DNA of 64,000 nt from an uncultured delta proteobacterium (GCA_963847445.1 CAWJZV010000006.1:1-64000), one strand, 5' to 3'; shown: positions 31,598 to 48,816, numbered from the stretch's first letter. Made by a program: numbers and translations. Notes: a model not told the origin generated them from the letters alone.

Positions 31598-31873
31598 TTG
31601 AAGCTGTGCATCAGCGGCATGACGCCGCGCTCGCGCCAGGCGTTGATCAACCTCAAGCGTCTGTGCGACGAGTACCTCGCCGGCAACTATTCGCTCGAGG
31701 TCATCGATCTTTACCAGCAACCGGAGCTGGCCGCGCGCCATCGCATCATCGCCACGCCGACACTGCTGAAAAACCTGCCGCTGCCGGTGCGCCAGATGTT
31801 CGGCGACCTTTCCGACACCAAAGCCACCTTGCGCCGTCTCGGTATCGCCGTCGACGAGGAGGAGGGCGCATGA
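31598..31873 (+). CDS. kaiB: second, divergent KaiB; true start probably further upstream
   Basis: YLLKLCISGMTPRS, LEVIDLYQQPELA, IIATPTLLKNLPLP..FGDLSD. Confidence 0.88.
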   Translation: MKLCISGMTPRSRQALINLKRLCDEYLAGNYSLEVIDLYQQPELAARHRIIATPTLLKNLPLPVRQMFGDLSDTKATLRRLGIAVDEEEGA

Positions 31874-33521
31874 CTTCGCCGGCGCAAAATAGCGATCATT
31901 TGCTGGTGGAGAATCACGAGCTGCGAACGCCGTCTCGAAGAGGCGGAAGAGTTGCTGACTGCGATTCGCGCCGGCAGCGTCGACGCGCTGGTGATCGAAG
32001 GACCCCAAGGCCCCCAGGTCTACACCCTCGAAGGCGCCGATCAACCCTATCGCACCTATGTCGAGACCATGAACGAAGGCGCGGTGACGCTTTCGCAGGA
32101 TGGAACCGTTCTCTACTGTAATCGGCAATTCGCCGACTTGACCGGAGCGTCCATTGAAGAGACCATCGGCGAATCGATTTTTAGCGTTCATTGCCAGTGC
32201 CGACCAGGATGCGGTCGCCGCGCTGTTGCGCGCGGTGCGAGGGCGGCAGCGGCCGGGTTGAAATCATACTTGAAGATCGCGCCGGCACGCCGATCCCGGT
32301 GCGGATTTCGGCGCGGCGCACGCGGCTCGGCAGCGACGAATTTATCTGCCTGGTGGTGACGGACCTGCGCGGCCAGAAGCTGCAGGATCAATTGCGCGAA
32401 GCCGACCAGCGCAAGAACGAGTTCCTGGCCATACTCGGACATGAGCTGAGAAATCCTCTGGCGATCATGCACAATGTGCTGCAAGTTCTGCGCAAAAAAC
32501 ATGGCGCGGATGCGTCGGCCGACATGCGCGAGATGATCGAGGAACAGGTGCGCCAAATGGGGCGGCTGATCGACGACCTGCTCGACGTCTCGCGAATTAC
32601 CACCGGCAAGATCCGCCTGGAGTTGGCGCGTTTCGATGTCGCCAAGTTGCTAGCCGAGACGGTGCAAAGCTACCGTGACAGTCTCGAAGCCAATGGTTTG
32701 ACGCTCATCTCTCGAACTGCCGAACCGGCAGTTGTTCGTCAATGGCGACAAAACCCGGATCGCGCAGGTGATCGGTAATTTGCTGCAAAATGCGAGCAAG
32801 TTTACCGAGGGCGGACGGCCAGGTGACGGTGGCTTTGCAGCGCCGATTCTGACGACAATAGCGCGTTGATTCGCGTGCGCGATACCGGGATGGGCATGGA
32901 CAATGAAACTTTGCAGCGTGTGTTCGACGCCTTCGCCCAGGCGGACCGCAGTATCGCGCGCAGCCGCGGCGGGCTCGGTTTGGGGTTGGCGCTGGTCAAA
33001 GGGCTGGTCGAGCTTCATGGCGGCGAAGTGACGGCGGCAAGCGCCGGCCCAGGACGAGGGTTCCGAATTTATCATTCGCTTGCCCATCGAAAGCGCATCG
33101 TTGGAACCCTCGGCCGAAAAAGTAGCGAGCGTTAGGCGAACGCGCTGTTTCCGTATTCTGATCATAGAAGATAACCAAGCCGGCGCCTTGAGCATGCAAT
33201 TGTTGTTGAAGCAGCTCGGCCATGATGTCGAAGTCGCCTATAACGGGCTTCGACGGTCTCGCGGCGGCGGCGCGTTTTAAACCCCAGGTGGTGCTCTGCG
33301 ATATCGGACTGCCGGGGCTTGACGGCTACCAGATCGCTCAGCTGCTGCGCCAGCGTGAAGAAGGCGGGAAAACATTTTTGAGCGCCCTCAGCGGTTATGG
33401 CCAGGACGAGGACAAACGGCGCGCTTTGGCAGCCGGCTTTGACATGCACTTTGTCAAGCCGTTAAAAATCGATCTGCTCGAAAACGTGTTAGCGGAATTA
33501 GAAAAACGCCCAATCGCTTGA
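31870..33521 (+). CDS. PAS hybrid histidine kinase-REC coupled to kaiB (many frameshifts)
   Basis: [54 protein letters not shown]; ATGA overlap with kaiB2. Confidence 0.88.
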
Positions 33522-33697
33522 GGTCGTTGACAGCCCCGCAGTGGCAAAACTTTAGAGGTGGCCGCCTTGCCAAGGTGCAAGCTCGCCGAGTTCGCCACTC
33601 AAAGAGAGTCCCGAAAGGGTAACTCGGCATTCAACCCTTCGTCTCACATGTGAGACGCGCCCCACGTAAGTTCGCGCTTTTATAGTTCAATCTTGCG

Positions 33698-33713
33698 TGG
33701 CACAATCCTTGTT
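33698..33713 (+). promoter_or_regulatory. imperfect sigma54 promoter candidate upstream of rlpA
   Basis: TGGCAC-AATCC-TTGTT, 28 nt before ATG 33741. Confidence 0.45.
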
Positions 33714-33740
33714 TATCTCCCTAGTAGGTTGGAGGTTAAC

Positions 33741-34335
33741 ATGGCAAAGGTGCGATTCAATATTGTTGTTGGTGGTTTTCTGCGCTTGCGCTCGAAGCGA
33801 TGCTAATCAGGACATCAAGGCTACACAAAAAGCCGAAAAAGTTGCTGAGACCGTAAAGCAGAAGGCGCAGGCTACGGAAAAAGCCGAGGGCAGTCAGGAT
33901 CTGGTCAAAGATAAAGTTAGCGTAAAATCATCCGCAGACGGCAAGCCCGTAGTCGAACAAACTGGCGAAGCGTCAAGTTACGGCCAGGGTTTTCACGGTA
34001 AAACCACCGCTAATGGTGAAAAATTCGATAAGAATAATATGACGGCCGCGCACCCGACGTTGCCCTTGGGCACAAAAGCCACGGTGACTAATCTGGAAAA
34101 CGGAAAATCCGTCGATGTGAGAATAAATGACCGAGGTCCTTACGTCAAAGGACGCGATATCGATGTATCGGAAGGCGCGGCGAAAGAATTGGACATGACC
34201 AAGAGCGGCATCGCGCCGGTGAAAATAGAGGCGAAGATACCTGTAAGCGAAAAACCTGCAAGCAGCGAGAGTTCATCGGCGCCAGAAAAAACCGGCGTCA
34301 AAAAATCGCCATCGACGAATCCGCCAGCGAAATAA
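33741..34335 (+). CDS. rlpA: RlpA family lytic transglycosylase (DPBB), probable lipoprotein; start likely frameshifted
   Basis: GEASSYG..FHGKTTANGE, TAAHPTLPLGT, VRINDRGPY, IDVS; GGAGG-ATG 33741 is out of frame with the body. Confidence 0.88.
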
Positions 34336-34343
34336 CGGTAGCG

Positions 34344-35342
34344 CTAATTGGGTGCGGTCCTTAAATAGAGCGGAGTTCGGGTCGGCGCCAAGAAGATGGC
34401 CGGTTTGTCATCGGCTTGTTCACGTCGCGAAAAGAAATTTTCCAGGATATTTTCGATAGAGAGAACGCCGGCGACGTTGTCGCTGCCGTTTACCACGATG
34501 CCAACAGGATTTCCCGTGACATCGAGCACCACGCCGCCGCTCATGTGGTTTTCAACACGCATGCCCCATTTAGTGTCCACGGCAATGCCTGCATTACGCA
34601 AATACGCCGGCGAATAGAGTTCGTAATCCGCGGAAAAGTAGCCGCGATGCTTATCGTCGCGCAGATTCAAGAATCCATGACTGATGTGGAACTGTCCCGG
34701 TTGCGGGTAACCGGCGATAAAGACCTTTTTGGGTGGAAAGAGCGGCTGCAAATCGAAATCCGCCCGTGGCCGGCCGAGGTCGATTGTGCCTTGAGCGAAA
34801 TCTTTGAGCTGCCAGTAGGGAAAACGCGCTGCGGGCCCGGCTTTTAGCCGGGCGATGACAAAGTCGCGTTGTTTGATGATCTCGTCGGGACTGTGGCTCG
34901 ATTTGCCATTGGTCGAGTCGGTTTCGTTCAAATGCGAGAGCACGGTGATTTCATATTCGCCCTCGCCATTTTGGGCCAGATAGCGCATGCGCGGGCGACT
35001 CTCCGAGCAATCGGAAAGACCGGCGAAACGGCTGGTTTCTTTGCTCGCCTCCAAGCAGTATTTCATCACGTGATAAGCGGTGATGAACAGACCGTCGAGC
35101 GAAATCAAGAAACCTGAACCGAGATGAACGCGTTTCTTGGCCGCGCCGTCTTGATACTCAAGCAAAATTTTCACGCTTTTCGACTCAACGTCGGGCCATG
35201 AAAACTCCGCGCCGGCTGATTTGAGCTGCTCCGCTCCGGTCAGATACTCGCCAAGTACCAGAGACGGACAAAGCAACGCAATGATTATGAAAAAAATCGA
35301 ACGTCGCACTGGGAATTCTTCGCAGATTAAAAGACCCCCCAA
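34344..35342 (-). CDS. exported trypsin-like serine protease domain protein
   Basis: GSGFLI, FITAYHV (His), RDFVIA (Asp), NHMSGGVV (Ser); hydrophobic N-terminus; start uncertain. Confidence 0.75.
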   Translation of the reverse strand: MGGLLICEEFPVRRSIFFIIIALLCPSLVLGEYLTGAEQLKSAGAEFSWPDVESKSVKILLEYQDGAAKKRVHLGSGFLISLDGLFITAYHVMKYCLEASKETSRFAGLSDCSESRPRMRYLAQNGEGEYEITVLSHLNETDSTNGKSSHSPDEIIKQRDFVIARLKAGPAARFPYWQLKDFAQGTIDLGRPRADFDLQPLFPPKKVFIAGYPQPGQFHISHGFLNLRDDKHRGYFSADYELYSPAYLRNAGIAVDTKWGMRVENHMSGGVVLDVTGNPVGIVVNGSDNVAGVLSIENILENFFSRREQADDKPAIFLAPTRTPLYLRTAPN

Positions 35343-35528
35343 TAAAAATCAACTAAATTTTCCTCGATTGAATAATTAATGTGCTGCGCGCAAACAGCCC
35401 GGAGTTTTTCGCGCCCTTGAAGCGACAACCAAGTAATGACAGTCGGTGCCTGTGCCTGTGCGTCGATGCAAAGCGGCTTGTCATTGTCCGAGGCAGCATC
35501 AATCACTCTCTTTGCAGTGCGGGCAAAC

Positions 35529-35544
35529 TGGTCTGGAGATTGCA
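35529..35544 (+). promoter_or_regulatory. sigma54 promoter candidate
   Basis: TGGTCT-GGAGA-TTGCA upstream of the ABM gene. Confidence 0.4.
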
Positions 35545-35627
35545 GGTTATAAGTTTATGGTTTTGTCGCCGGCTGTTGGTCTGGGTTGGCGCTGTTCGAC
35601 GTCTGGAGCGAAATGGGTTCTCGAGTT

Positions 35628-36053
35628 ATGGCGAAGTATTTAAAAAAAGTTGTTCCGCCGCCGAGCATACTGCGGCGGCGCAGGCGGATCTTCAGAAAAC
35701 CGCGACTTGCCAAAATCAATCAATCTGCAGAGCCGAAATGGCAAGAAGTTAAGGCGGCACGACTGATTAGATTAGAAGCAAAACCTGGAAAAGAAAACGA
35801 GCTGGCAAGTTGTCTCCGCGCCGGATTGACGCGTGTGCAGCAGGAGCCGGCCACCGCGTCCTGGTATGCGATTCGCTTCGGCCCGTCGACATTTGCGATT
35901 TTCGATGCCTGCGCAGGGGAGGCGAAGCGCCAAGCCCATCCGGCCGGTTCACTCGCGGCAGTGCTCGGAGGCAAATCCGCCGAACTACTGGCTCGGTCGC
36001 CGGTGATCGAAACGGGCGACGTGCTGGCGGCCAAATTGGCCGACTTCGGTTGA
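35628..36053 (+). CDS. ABM (putative quinol monooxygenase) domain protein
   Basis: RLEAKPGKE, EPAT.SWYAIRFGPSTFAIFD, RQAH, DVLAAKL; start uncertain. Confidence 0.8.
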   Translation: MAKYLKKVVPPPSILRRRRRIFRKPRLAKINQSAEPKWQEVKAARLIRLEAKPGKENELASCLRAGLTRVQQEPATASWYAIRFGPSTFAIFDACAGEAKRQAHPAGSLAAVLGGKSAELLARSPVIETGDVLAAKLADFG

Positions 36054-36126
36054 AGAAATACCCAGCTAGCCTGCGCTTTAGTTGCGGCAGTTAGTTAACA
36101 GCGTCTCGAAAAAATTAGGCGGCTTT

Positions 36127-36295
36127 ATGGCTAAAAATAAAAAACCCAAGAAGCAACGCGGCAAAAAAGAAAACTTCCAAAGCTAAAAGACAGCGTCGCA
36201 TCGACGGCTCGCAGACCCGTCAGCCCTTCGAGCAGGATTCTAAACGGCGCATCGGGCAGTACGGCGGAGCAGGCGAGCCACCGATCATGAAGTAG
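36127..36295 (+). CDS. possible small basic protein (needs one frameshift in an A-run)
   Basis: MAKNKKPKKQRGK then KKTSKAKRQRRIDGSQTRQPFEQDSKRRIGQYGGAGEPPIMK* after a 1-nt shift near 36165. Confidence 0.4.
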
Positions 36296-36392
36296 TGTTT
36301 GCGCTCGAGCTGACCGCTCAACGGCAGCAAGTCGAGGGGCCATTAACCAAAAGCAGAAAAGATGGTCTGGCATAAAGCTGGAGACGACGGCA

Positions 36393-36647
36393 ATGCAGAT
36401 ATTTATTAAACTGGCCACCGGGGATTACACTCGATTGAGAAGTCATATCACCCTCCACTCAGTCGCCCACGAGGCGATTGAAAAGGCGACGCGGATTGAA
36501 CATTCGCTCGATGGTTTGTTGTTTGCCGGCTACTCGATTCCTTGTAACGTGGAGCAAGCCCGAACCATACTCGAAACCGCCAGGCGGAATTGCCCCGACA
36601 TGATCGGCAAAATTGAGCAAGCTATATCGCGCTCCCATCAAGGCTAG
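36393..36647 (+). CDS. hypothetical protein
   Basis: 84-aa ORF with GGAG RBS; no recognised motif. Confidence 0.55.
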   Translation: MQIFIKLATGDYTRLRSHITLHSVAHEAIEKATRIEHSLDGLLFAGYSIPCNVEQARTILETARRNCPDMIGKIEQAISRSHQG

Positions 36648-36897
36648 CGTTCGCTGGGTTGAGACAGGGCGGCAATTTCTTGCGCCGACGCATGGCTGCC
36701 CGCGGCGCTGAGGACCAACTGAAGCACTTGAATTTCCTCGCTCGAAACCGGACGGGGCTAGAGCCTAGCCGCCCGAATTAGGCAGACTACTTGATTGATT
36801 TGCCCTTGCCGCGTTTGCGCTTTGGTTTTGGCCGCTTCGGTTCGACGATAACCGCCGGTGATTTCTTGGCCATGAATGGTTTCTCCGATTAACGGTC

Positions 36898-37338
36898 TTA
36901 TCGATTCGGTTCCGACGGCTCCGAGATGTCTTTAAGGGCTTCATCGGCCAGATCCTCGTCTTCGGTGCCTTCGGTGCGCAGGGCGAGATCGCCGAGAGAT
37001 AACATGCCCACCAGCTGTTTGTCTCGGTTTAAAATCGGCAGGCGACGAATCTGCTCGGCCTCCATTAACATCACGGCTTCTTCGACCGATTGATCGTCGA
37101 AACAATAACTCACGCCGGGAGTCATAATGTCGCTCACCTTGGTGCGCGCGGGGTCGCGCCCTTCGGCGACCAGACGTATCGCTAAATCCCGGTCAGTGAT
37201 CACTCCTTGAATTCGCTCGCCGTCGCACACCGGTAACGCTCCGACATCGAGTTCGCGCATTTTCGCCCCGGCTGCTTGGGCCGCGTCATCCAAGTAAACC
37301 ACCTCCGCGCCTTGAGTCATGATTTCCCTAATTTGCAT
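36898..37338 (-). CDS. CBS-pair protein (Hrp1-like)
   Basis: IREIMT, VGALPVCD, GVITDRD, IRRLPIL, GMLSLGDLA; GGAGG RBS. Confidence 0.93.
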   Translation of the reverse strand: MQIREIMTQGAEVVYLDDAAQAAGAKMRELDVGALPVCDGERIQGVITDRDLAIRLVAEGRDPARTKVSDIMTPGVSYCFDDQSVEEAVMLMEAEQIRRLPILNRDKQLVGMLSLGDLALRTEGTEDEDLADEALKDISEPSEPNR

Positions 37339-37468
37339 AAAGCACCTCCGATTGATTTTTTACAGTCTTCGATGGTTTGCTAAATTTGTCAGTGGTGGGT
37401 GCTCGCACCGCGCGAACCATTAGCGAGCTTTACAGTCGCGCCGGCGCGTTTATTACGGAGTCATGGAG

Positions 37469-37484
37469 CGCAAGAAGAATGCCA
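37469..37484 (-). promoter_or_regulatory. sigma54 promoter candidate upstream of the CBS gene
   Basis: minus strand TGGCAT-TCTTC-TTGCG. Confidence 0.65.
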
Positions 37485-37896
37485 CTGCTGCACAATTGAA
37501 GGCGCTGCTCAATACGTGGCACGCGCGGAGCGATAGATATGAATAGCAGAGTGAAGAGAAGGTTTTTTGACGAGTTAGTGTCCCGAATCTGGGTCATTTC
37601 TAACTGGGCAATCCCATTTATAGTAATTTGCACTCTCGATTCGATTCCAATTCGAACCTTCGCCGTGATAAACGGGAGCGCGCCTCAGCACAACCCAACG
37701 TGGAGATTGACCTGCCGTAGCGACTCCCCAAGAGGCGTTCCCTAGCGAAATTAATGATTGGCTTTGCCGCTCCAAGCTAACCGCGCCCCTGTTACTGTGA
37801 ACGGGACAGAATCTTGCATGCAAAAAAACGGGATTGAACTGCGCCGAGCAGTTTATTCAATTGGGTCAGCGAATAGCTTCAACATCGAGAGTGGCC

Positions 37897-39048
37897 ATGG
37901 CTAAGAAATCTGTGATCGGCTTGATCTTATTGACGCTGATCGCTTGCCAGCGCGCAGAGCCGCCTCAGAGCAAGCCCGAAAGCCCGCCGGCGGCGCCGTC
38001 GCCGCGGCTCGATCGCGACTCCACCCCGGCGGGATCTTATGCGCCAATCGTCGATCGAGTCGCGCCGTCGGTAGTGACGATTCGCTCGGCTAGACGGCTG
38101 CGCGCGCCGCGGCAGTTTCCATTTTTCAACGATCCTCGTTTGGGCGAACTTTTCGGCGGTCTGTTCGGCGCGCCAGGCGGGCGCGAACAGATTCGCACGG
38201 GGTTGGGCTCCGGCGTCATCGTGCGCGCGGACGGCTATGTTCTCACCAATCATCACGTGATCGACGGCGCGGATGAAATTACCATCGAGCTGCTTAACCG
38301 GCGCAGTTTTTCCGCCAAAATAATCGGCAGCGATCCGCCGAGCGATCTTGCCGTGCTCAAGGTCGAAGCTAGCGATATGCCGGCGCTGGCATTGGGCAAC
38401 TCGGATGAGACGCGGGTCGGTGACATCGTGCTCGCGCTAGGGAATCCATTGGGCATCGGCCAAACGGTTACCGCCGGAATCATCAGTGCCAAGAGCCGCT
38501 CGACCGGATTGAGCGATGGCAGCTTCGAAGATTTTCTCCAGACCGACGCGCCGATCAATCAAGGCAACTCCGGCGGCGCGCTGGTTAATACCGCCGGTTT
38601 GCTGGTCGGCATCAACTCGCAAATTCTCTCGCCCACCGGCGTTAACATCGGTATCGGTTTCGCGGTGCCGGTCAACATGGCGCGCAACGTCATGGACCAA
38701 CTGATCAGCAACGGCAAGGTTGAGCGCGGCCATTTAGGCATCGGTATTCAGCCGGTGACACCGGAGATCGCCGCCAGTGTCGGATTGAAGGAAACCGGCG
38801 GCGTGATCATCAATGAGGTCCGTCCCAACAGCGCCGCCAGCCGCGCCGGCATGCGGCGCGGCGATGTCGTCGTCGCCTTCAATGGCGCACCGGTTGTCGA
38901 CGGCAACGCGTTGCGCAACGCCATCGCCGGCAGCAAACCCGGTACGGCGGTCAAGCTGACGATTCTCCGCGATGGCACAGAGCAAACGATCGAGGCCAAG
39001 CTGGACGAGTACCGCGCCGAGAGCGCGCCGGCGCGGCGAGAAAGGTAA
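37897..39048 (+). CDS. HtrA/DegP-family serine protease with one PDZ domain, lipoprotein
   Basis: LGSGVI, LTNHHVI, SDLAVL, QTDAPINQGNSGGAL, PDZ; LIAC lipobox. Confidence 0.95.
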   Translation: MAKKSVIGLILLTLIACQRAEPPQSKPESPPAAPSPRLDRDSTPAGSYAPIVDRVAPSVVTIRSARRLRAPRQFPFFNDPRLGELFGGLFGAPGGREQIRTGLGSGVIVRADGYVLTNHHVIDGADEITIELLNRRSFSAKIIGSDPPSDLAVLKVEASDMPALALGNSDETRVGDIVLALGNPLGIGQTVTAGIISAKSRSTGLSDGSFEDFLQTDAPINQGNSGGALVNTAGLLVGINSQILSPTGVNIGIGFAVPVNMARNVMDQLISNGKVERGHLGIGIQPVTPEIAASVGLKETGGVIINEVRPNSAASRAGMRRGDVVVAFNGAPVVDGNALRNAIAGSKPGTAVKLTILRDGTEQTIEAKLDEYRAESAPARRER

Positions 39049-39331
39049 CTCGCACTAGCTAAATCATGACCGCGCATTGGTCGGTATCGCCGCCGGTTTG
39101 GATAATTCTTTACGCTGGCTGTCGCATTTTTGGGACAAAAGCACGGCTAATTATTAAGGTGATTTTTATAAAAATGGTTTACCGCAAAAGAGTTCTTGTC
39201 CCCGAGAAAAATTTTGATAACGTCGGAGCAGCGGTCAGTAGAACGATTGAAATTCGATACCACCGACGCCACCGGCGTTTTGTCGCGGTGGCGGTGACGC
39301 AGCAAACCGCTCAAGCCTGAGGAGAGCTTCC

Positions 39332-45661
<6,330 letters not shown>

Positions 45662-45685
45662 CGGAACACGACCGAGGGGCGATTG

Positions 45686-46825
45686 ATGAATCGCCCCCGC
45701 CTTGATTCTTATGGTATGAGCGAACCGACCAACATTCTCCTCGTCGACGATCAGGCGCGCAATCTCGACGCGCTCGAGGCGGTATTGGCTGCGCCGGACT
45801 ACCGGCTGGTGCGCGCCCAATCGGCCAACGACGCGTTGCTGGCGCTGCTCACCTACGACTTCGCGGTCCTCGTGCTCGATATCCGCATGCCGGAGATTGA
45901 CGGCTACGAGCTCGCGCAGATGATCAAGCAGCGCAAAAAGAACCAGCATCTGCCGATCATTTTCTTGACCGCCTATTTGCAGGATGATAGGGCCGTGCTC
46001 GAAGGCTACGGCGCCGGCGCGGTGGACTACTTAACCAAGCCGATCAACCCATTGATCCTGAGATCCAAGGTCGCTGTCTTTGTCGATCTGTTTCGCAAAA
46101 CCCGCGAGCTGGCGCGCCTGAACGAAATCATGGAGAGCGAGATCGAAGAGCGGGTGGCGCAGGTGCGCGCGAGCCTGCGCGAAAAAGAGATATTGCTCAA
46201 GGAAGTCCATCACCGGGTAAAAAATAACATGCAGATCATCTCGAGCCTGCTGAGCCTGCAAGCCGAGCGCGCCGGCGCAACCCAGCGCGACTTTCGCGAC
46301 GTGCGCGATCGCGTGCGCTCGATGGCGCTGGTGCACGAGAAGCTCTACCAGTCGGAGAATTTAGCGTGCGTGCAGATCGCCGAATATGCGCGCAGTTTGA
46401 TCAACGATCTGTTTCAAGCCTACGCCAGCGGCCTGCCCAAGGTGCAACTCCGCCTCGATCTCGAGAGCGCCGAGCTGCCGGTGGATCGCGCCATCTCCTT
46501 CGGGCTGATCCTCAACGAGTTGGCGACCAATGCCTTCAAGCATGCGTTTCGCGACCGTGACAACGGCGAAATCGAGATCAAACTGCAAACTGTGCCGCAG
46601 GGAGAAATCCGCCTGCGTTTCGCCGACAACGGCCGGGGTTTTGCCGCGCCGTCGAGCTGGGAGAGCGCCGATTCGCTGGGGCTGCGCTTGCTGCGCATGC
46701 TGACCCGCCAGCTTGGCGGGCAAATCGAAATGCGCAGCGACCAGGGCACGACCGTTGAGCTGAGCTTTAAAATCGATCCGGCGCGCGATTCGCCGGGCGG
46801 TAATGAGCCGCGGGTGAGCTCATGA
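45686..46825 (+). CDS. REC + HisKA_2/HWE-type histidine kinase
   Basis: ILLVDD, LDIRMPEIDG, KEVHHRVKNNMQIISSLL, NELATNAFKHAF, SLGL. Confidence 0.92.
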   Translation: MNRPRLDSYGMSEPTNILLVDDQARNLDALEAVLAAPDYRLVRAQSANDALLALLTYDFAVLVLDIRMPEIDGYELAQMIKQRKKNQHLPIIFLTAYLQDDRAVLEGYGAGAVDYLTKPINPLILRSKVAVFVDLFRKTRELARLNEIMESEIEERVAQVRASLREKEILLKEVHHRVKNNMQIISSLLSLQAERAGATQRDFRDVRDRVRSMALVHEKLYQSENLACVQIAEYARSLINDLFQAYASGLPKVQLRLDLESAELPVDRAISFGLILNELATNAFKHAFRDRDNGEIEIKLQTVPQGEIRLRFADNGRGFAAPSSWESADSLGLRLLRMLTRQLGGQIEMRSDQGTTVELSFKIDPARDSPGGNEPRVSS

Positions 46826-48816
46826 GCAGCGCCAACATTCTAGTGGTCGAAGATGAAGCGATCGTCGCGCTTGATCTTAGCCAACGCTTGACCGGCCTGG
46901 GTTACCGAGTCGTCGACACCGTCGCCGAAGGGGAAAAGGTCGTCGCCGCGGTGCTTGAGCACAAACCGGACCTGGTGCTGATGGACCTGCGACTGGCCGG
47001 TGCCCTGGACGGTATCGCCGCAGCGCGACAGATCGCGCAAGTGCGCGACGTCCCGATCGTTTTCTTGACCGCCCATTCCGACCCCGAAACCCTTGCCCAG
47101 GCATGCTTAACCGGCCCCTTCGGCTATATTTTGAAGCCCTTCGATGAGCGCGAGCTGCACACCCAGCTTGAAATCGCGCTCTATCGCCATGGCGCCGAAC
47201 GGCGCGTGCGCGAAAGCGAGGCGCGGCTAAGGTCGATCATGAACACGGCGGCCGATTGCATCATGGAAATCGACGATAACGGCACGCTGCTTAACAGCAA
47301 CCCCGCTGCCGCCCATTTATTCGGTTACGCCGCGGCTGAAATGGCCGGCCGCAACGCCTGCGACTTGATGCCGGAGTTTGCCCGCATCATGCAAAAGGAC
47401 GAGGCGCAGTGGTCGCATAAAACCAGCGGGGGAAAAATTTTTGGCGAGGTTCAGGAACTTAGCGCCATCCAAAAAGACGGGGCGGTCATTCCCGTCGAGC
47501 TTACGGTAAGCCGCAAAGACGATGCGCACGAGCGCAGCTATATCACCATCGTTCGCGATCTCAGACGGCGCAAGCAACTTGAGAACAAACTCACACAGCT
47601 GGTTGACGATCTGCGTGAGACCGACCGGCGCAAGGATGAATTTTTAGCGACGTTGTCGCACGAACTACGCAATCCCCTGGCGCCGATCCGCAATGCCGTG
47701 ACTATTTTGAAGAGTGTCCAACCGGCCGACGACAAATTTAAATGGTGCTGCGAAATCCTCGATACCCAAGTCGATCAGATGAGCTGCGTGTTGGAAGACC
47801 TGCTCGACGTTAGCCGGATCGCCCGGGGCAGTCTATTGCTGCGCCAAGAATGGCTCGGATTTCGCGAAATCATGAGTCATATCGTTGCAATCGCGCGTGC
47901 CGATGTCGAAGCCGCAGGGCATAAGTTGGTCGTTGACCTGCCCGAAAACGACGTCAGTCTGTTTGCCGATCGTGCCCGGCTGACGCAAATCTTCTCCAAC
48001 CTTTTAAACAATGCCGCGAAATATACCGAGGGCAACGGCGAGGTTCGGCTCTCGGCAAAATATGACAACGGCGCAATCGTCGTGCAAATCGAAGATACCG
48101 GCATCGGCATCTCGGCTGAACTATTGCCCCATGTGTTCAAAATGTTCAAGCAAGCCGACAGCAGTTTGGAACGCGGCCGGGGCGGCCTCGGCATCGGTCT
48201 CGCTTTGGTGAAAAGCCTGGTCGCGCTACACGGTGGCACGGTTGAGGCTAATAGCGCCGGCCTTGGCCAAGGTAGTGTGTTTACGGTGCGGTTGCCGGTG
48301 GCGCCGGTCAGCCCGGTTGCAGTTGAGATGCCCACAACCATCGTCGAGGCGGACGGCCGGCCAGCGCAGTTGGTTAGACCGATACGGATTCTAATCGTCG
48401 ACGATAATAAATTACAGGCCCAAAGCCTCGGGCTTCTCGTCGAGCTATGGGGCTTTGATGTCCGGCTCGCTTTTGACGGGCCGCAAGCGCTTGCGGCTTT
48501 AGCCAACTACTCGGCTGATGTCGCGCTTATCGATATCGGCCTGCCGGGTCTCAGCGGTTTTGAAGTCGCGCGGCAGATCCGCGCACAGCCGCAATGGCGC
48601 CACATGACCCTGATTGCCCAGACCGGTTGGGGCCGCGACAGCGATCGCGGTAATTCGGGACAAGCGGGGTTTGATCATCATTTCACCAAGCCGCTCAACC
48701 ACGAGGCTTTGGAAAAAGTGCTCAATCAGACCGCGGCAAAAAAGTTTGGCACAGCTAGCGTTTTCGACAAATTTCAACGCCTTGGTCGAACCAGTCCAAC
48801 GAAACCTAGCGATTGA
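46822..48816 (+). CDS. REC-PAS-histidine kinase-REC hybrid
   Basis: ILVVEDE, PFGYILKPF, PAS, FLATLSHELRNPL, GGLGIGLALV, ILIVDDN; ATGA overlap with upstream gene. Confidence 0.93.
   Translation: MSSANILVVEDEAIVALDLSQRLTGLGYRVVDTVAEGEKVVAAVLEHKPDLVLMDLRLAGALDGIAAARQIAQVRDVPIVFLTAHSDPETLAQACLTGPFGYILKPFDERELHTQLEIALYRHGAERRVRESEARLRSIMNTAADCIMEIDDNGTLLNSNPAAAHLFGYAAAEMAGRNACDLMPEFARIMQKDEAQWSHKTSGGKIFGEVQELSAIQKDGAVIPVELTVSRKDDAHERSYITIVRDLRRRKQLENKLTQLVDDLRETDRRKDEFLATLSHELRNPLAPIRNAVTILKSVQPADDKFKWCCEILDTQVDQMSCVLEDLLDVSRIARGSLLLRQEWLGFREIMSHIVAIARADVEAAGHKLVVDLPENDVSLFADRARLTQIFSNLLNNAAKYTEGNGEVRLSAKYDNGAIVVQIEDTGIGISAELLPHVFKMFKQADSSLERGRGGLGIGLALVKSLVALHGGTVEANSAGLGQGSVFTVRLPVAPVSPVAVEMPTTIVEADGRPAQLVRPIRILIVDDNKLQAQSLGLLVELWGFDVRLAFDGPQALAALANYSADVALIDIGLPGLSGFEVARQIRAQPQWRHMTLIAQTGWGRDSDRGNSGQAGFDHHFTKPLNHEALEKVLNQTAAKKFGTASVFDKFQRLGRTSPTKPSD

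Noticed and set aside
22730-33250. Dense frameshifts in cox, kai and kinase genes as programmed frameshifting or mass pseudogenisation
   Set aside because: They are scattered 1-nt indels with intact catalytic motifs, no in-frame nonsense codons noticed and no shared slippery motif. Long-read consensus error is the simplest explanation; this needs read-level confirmation.
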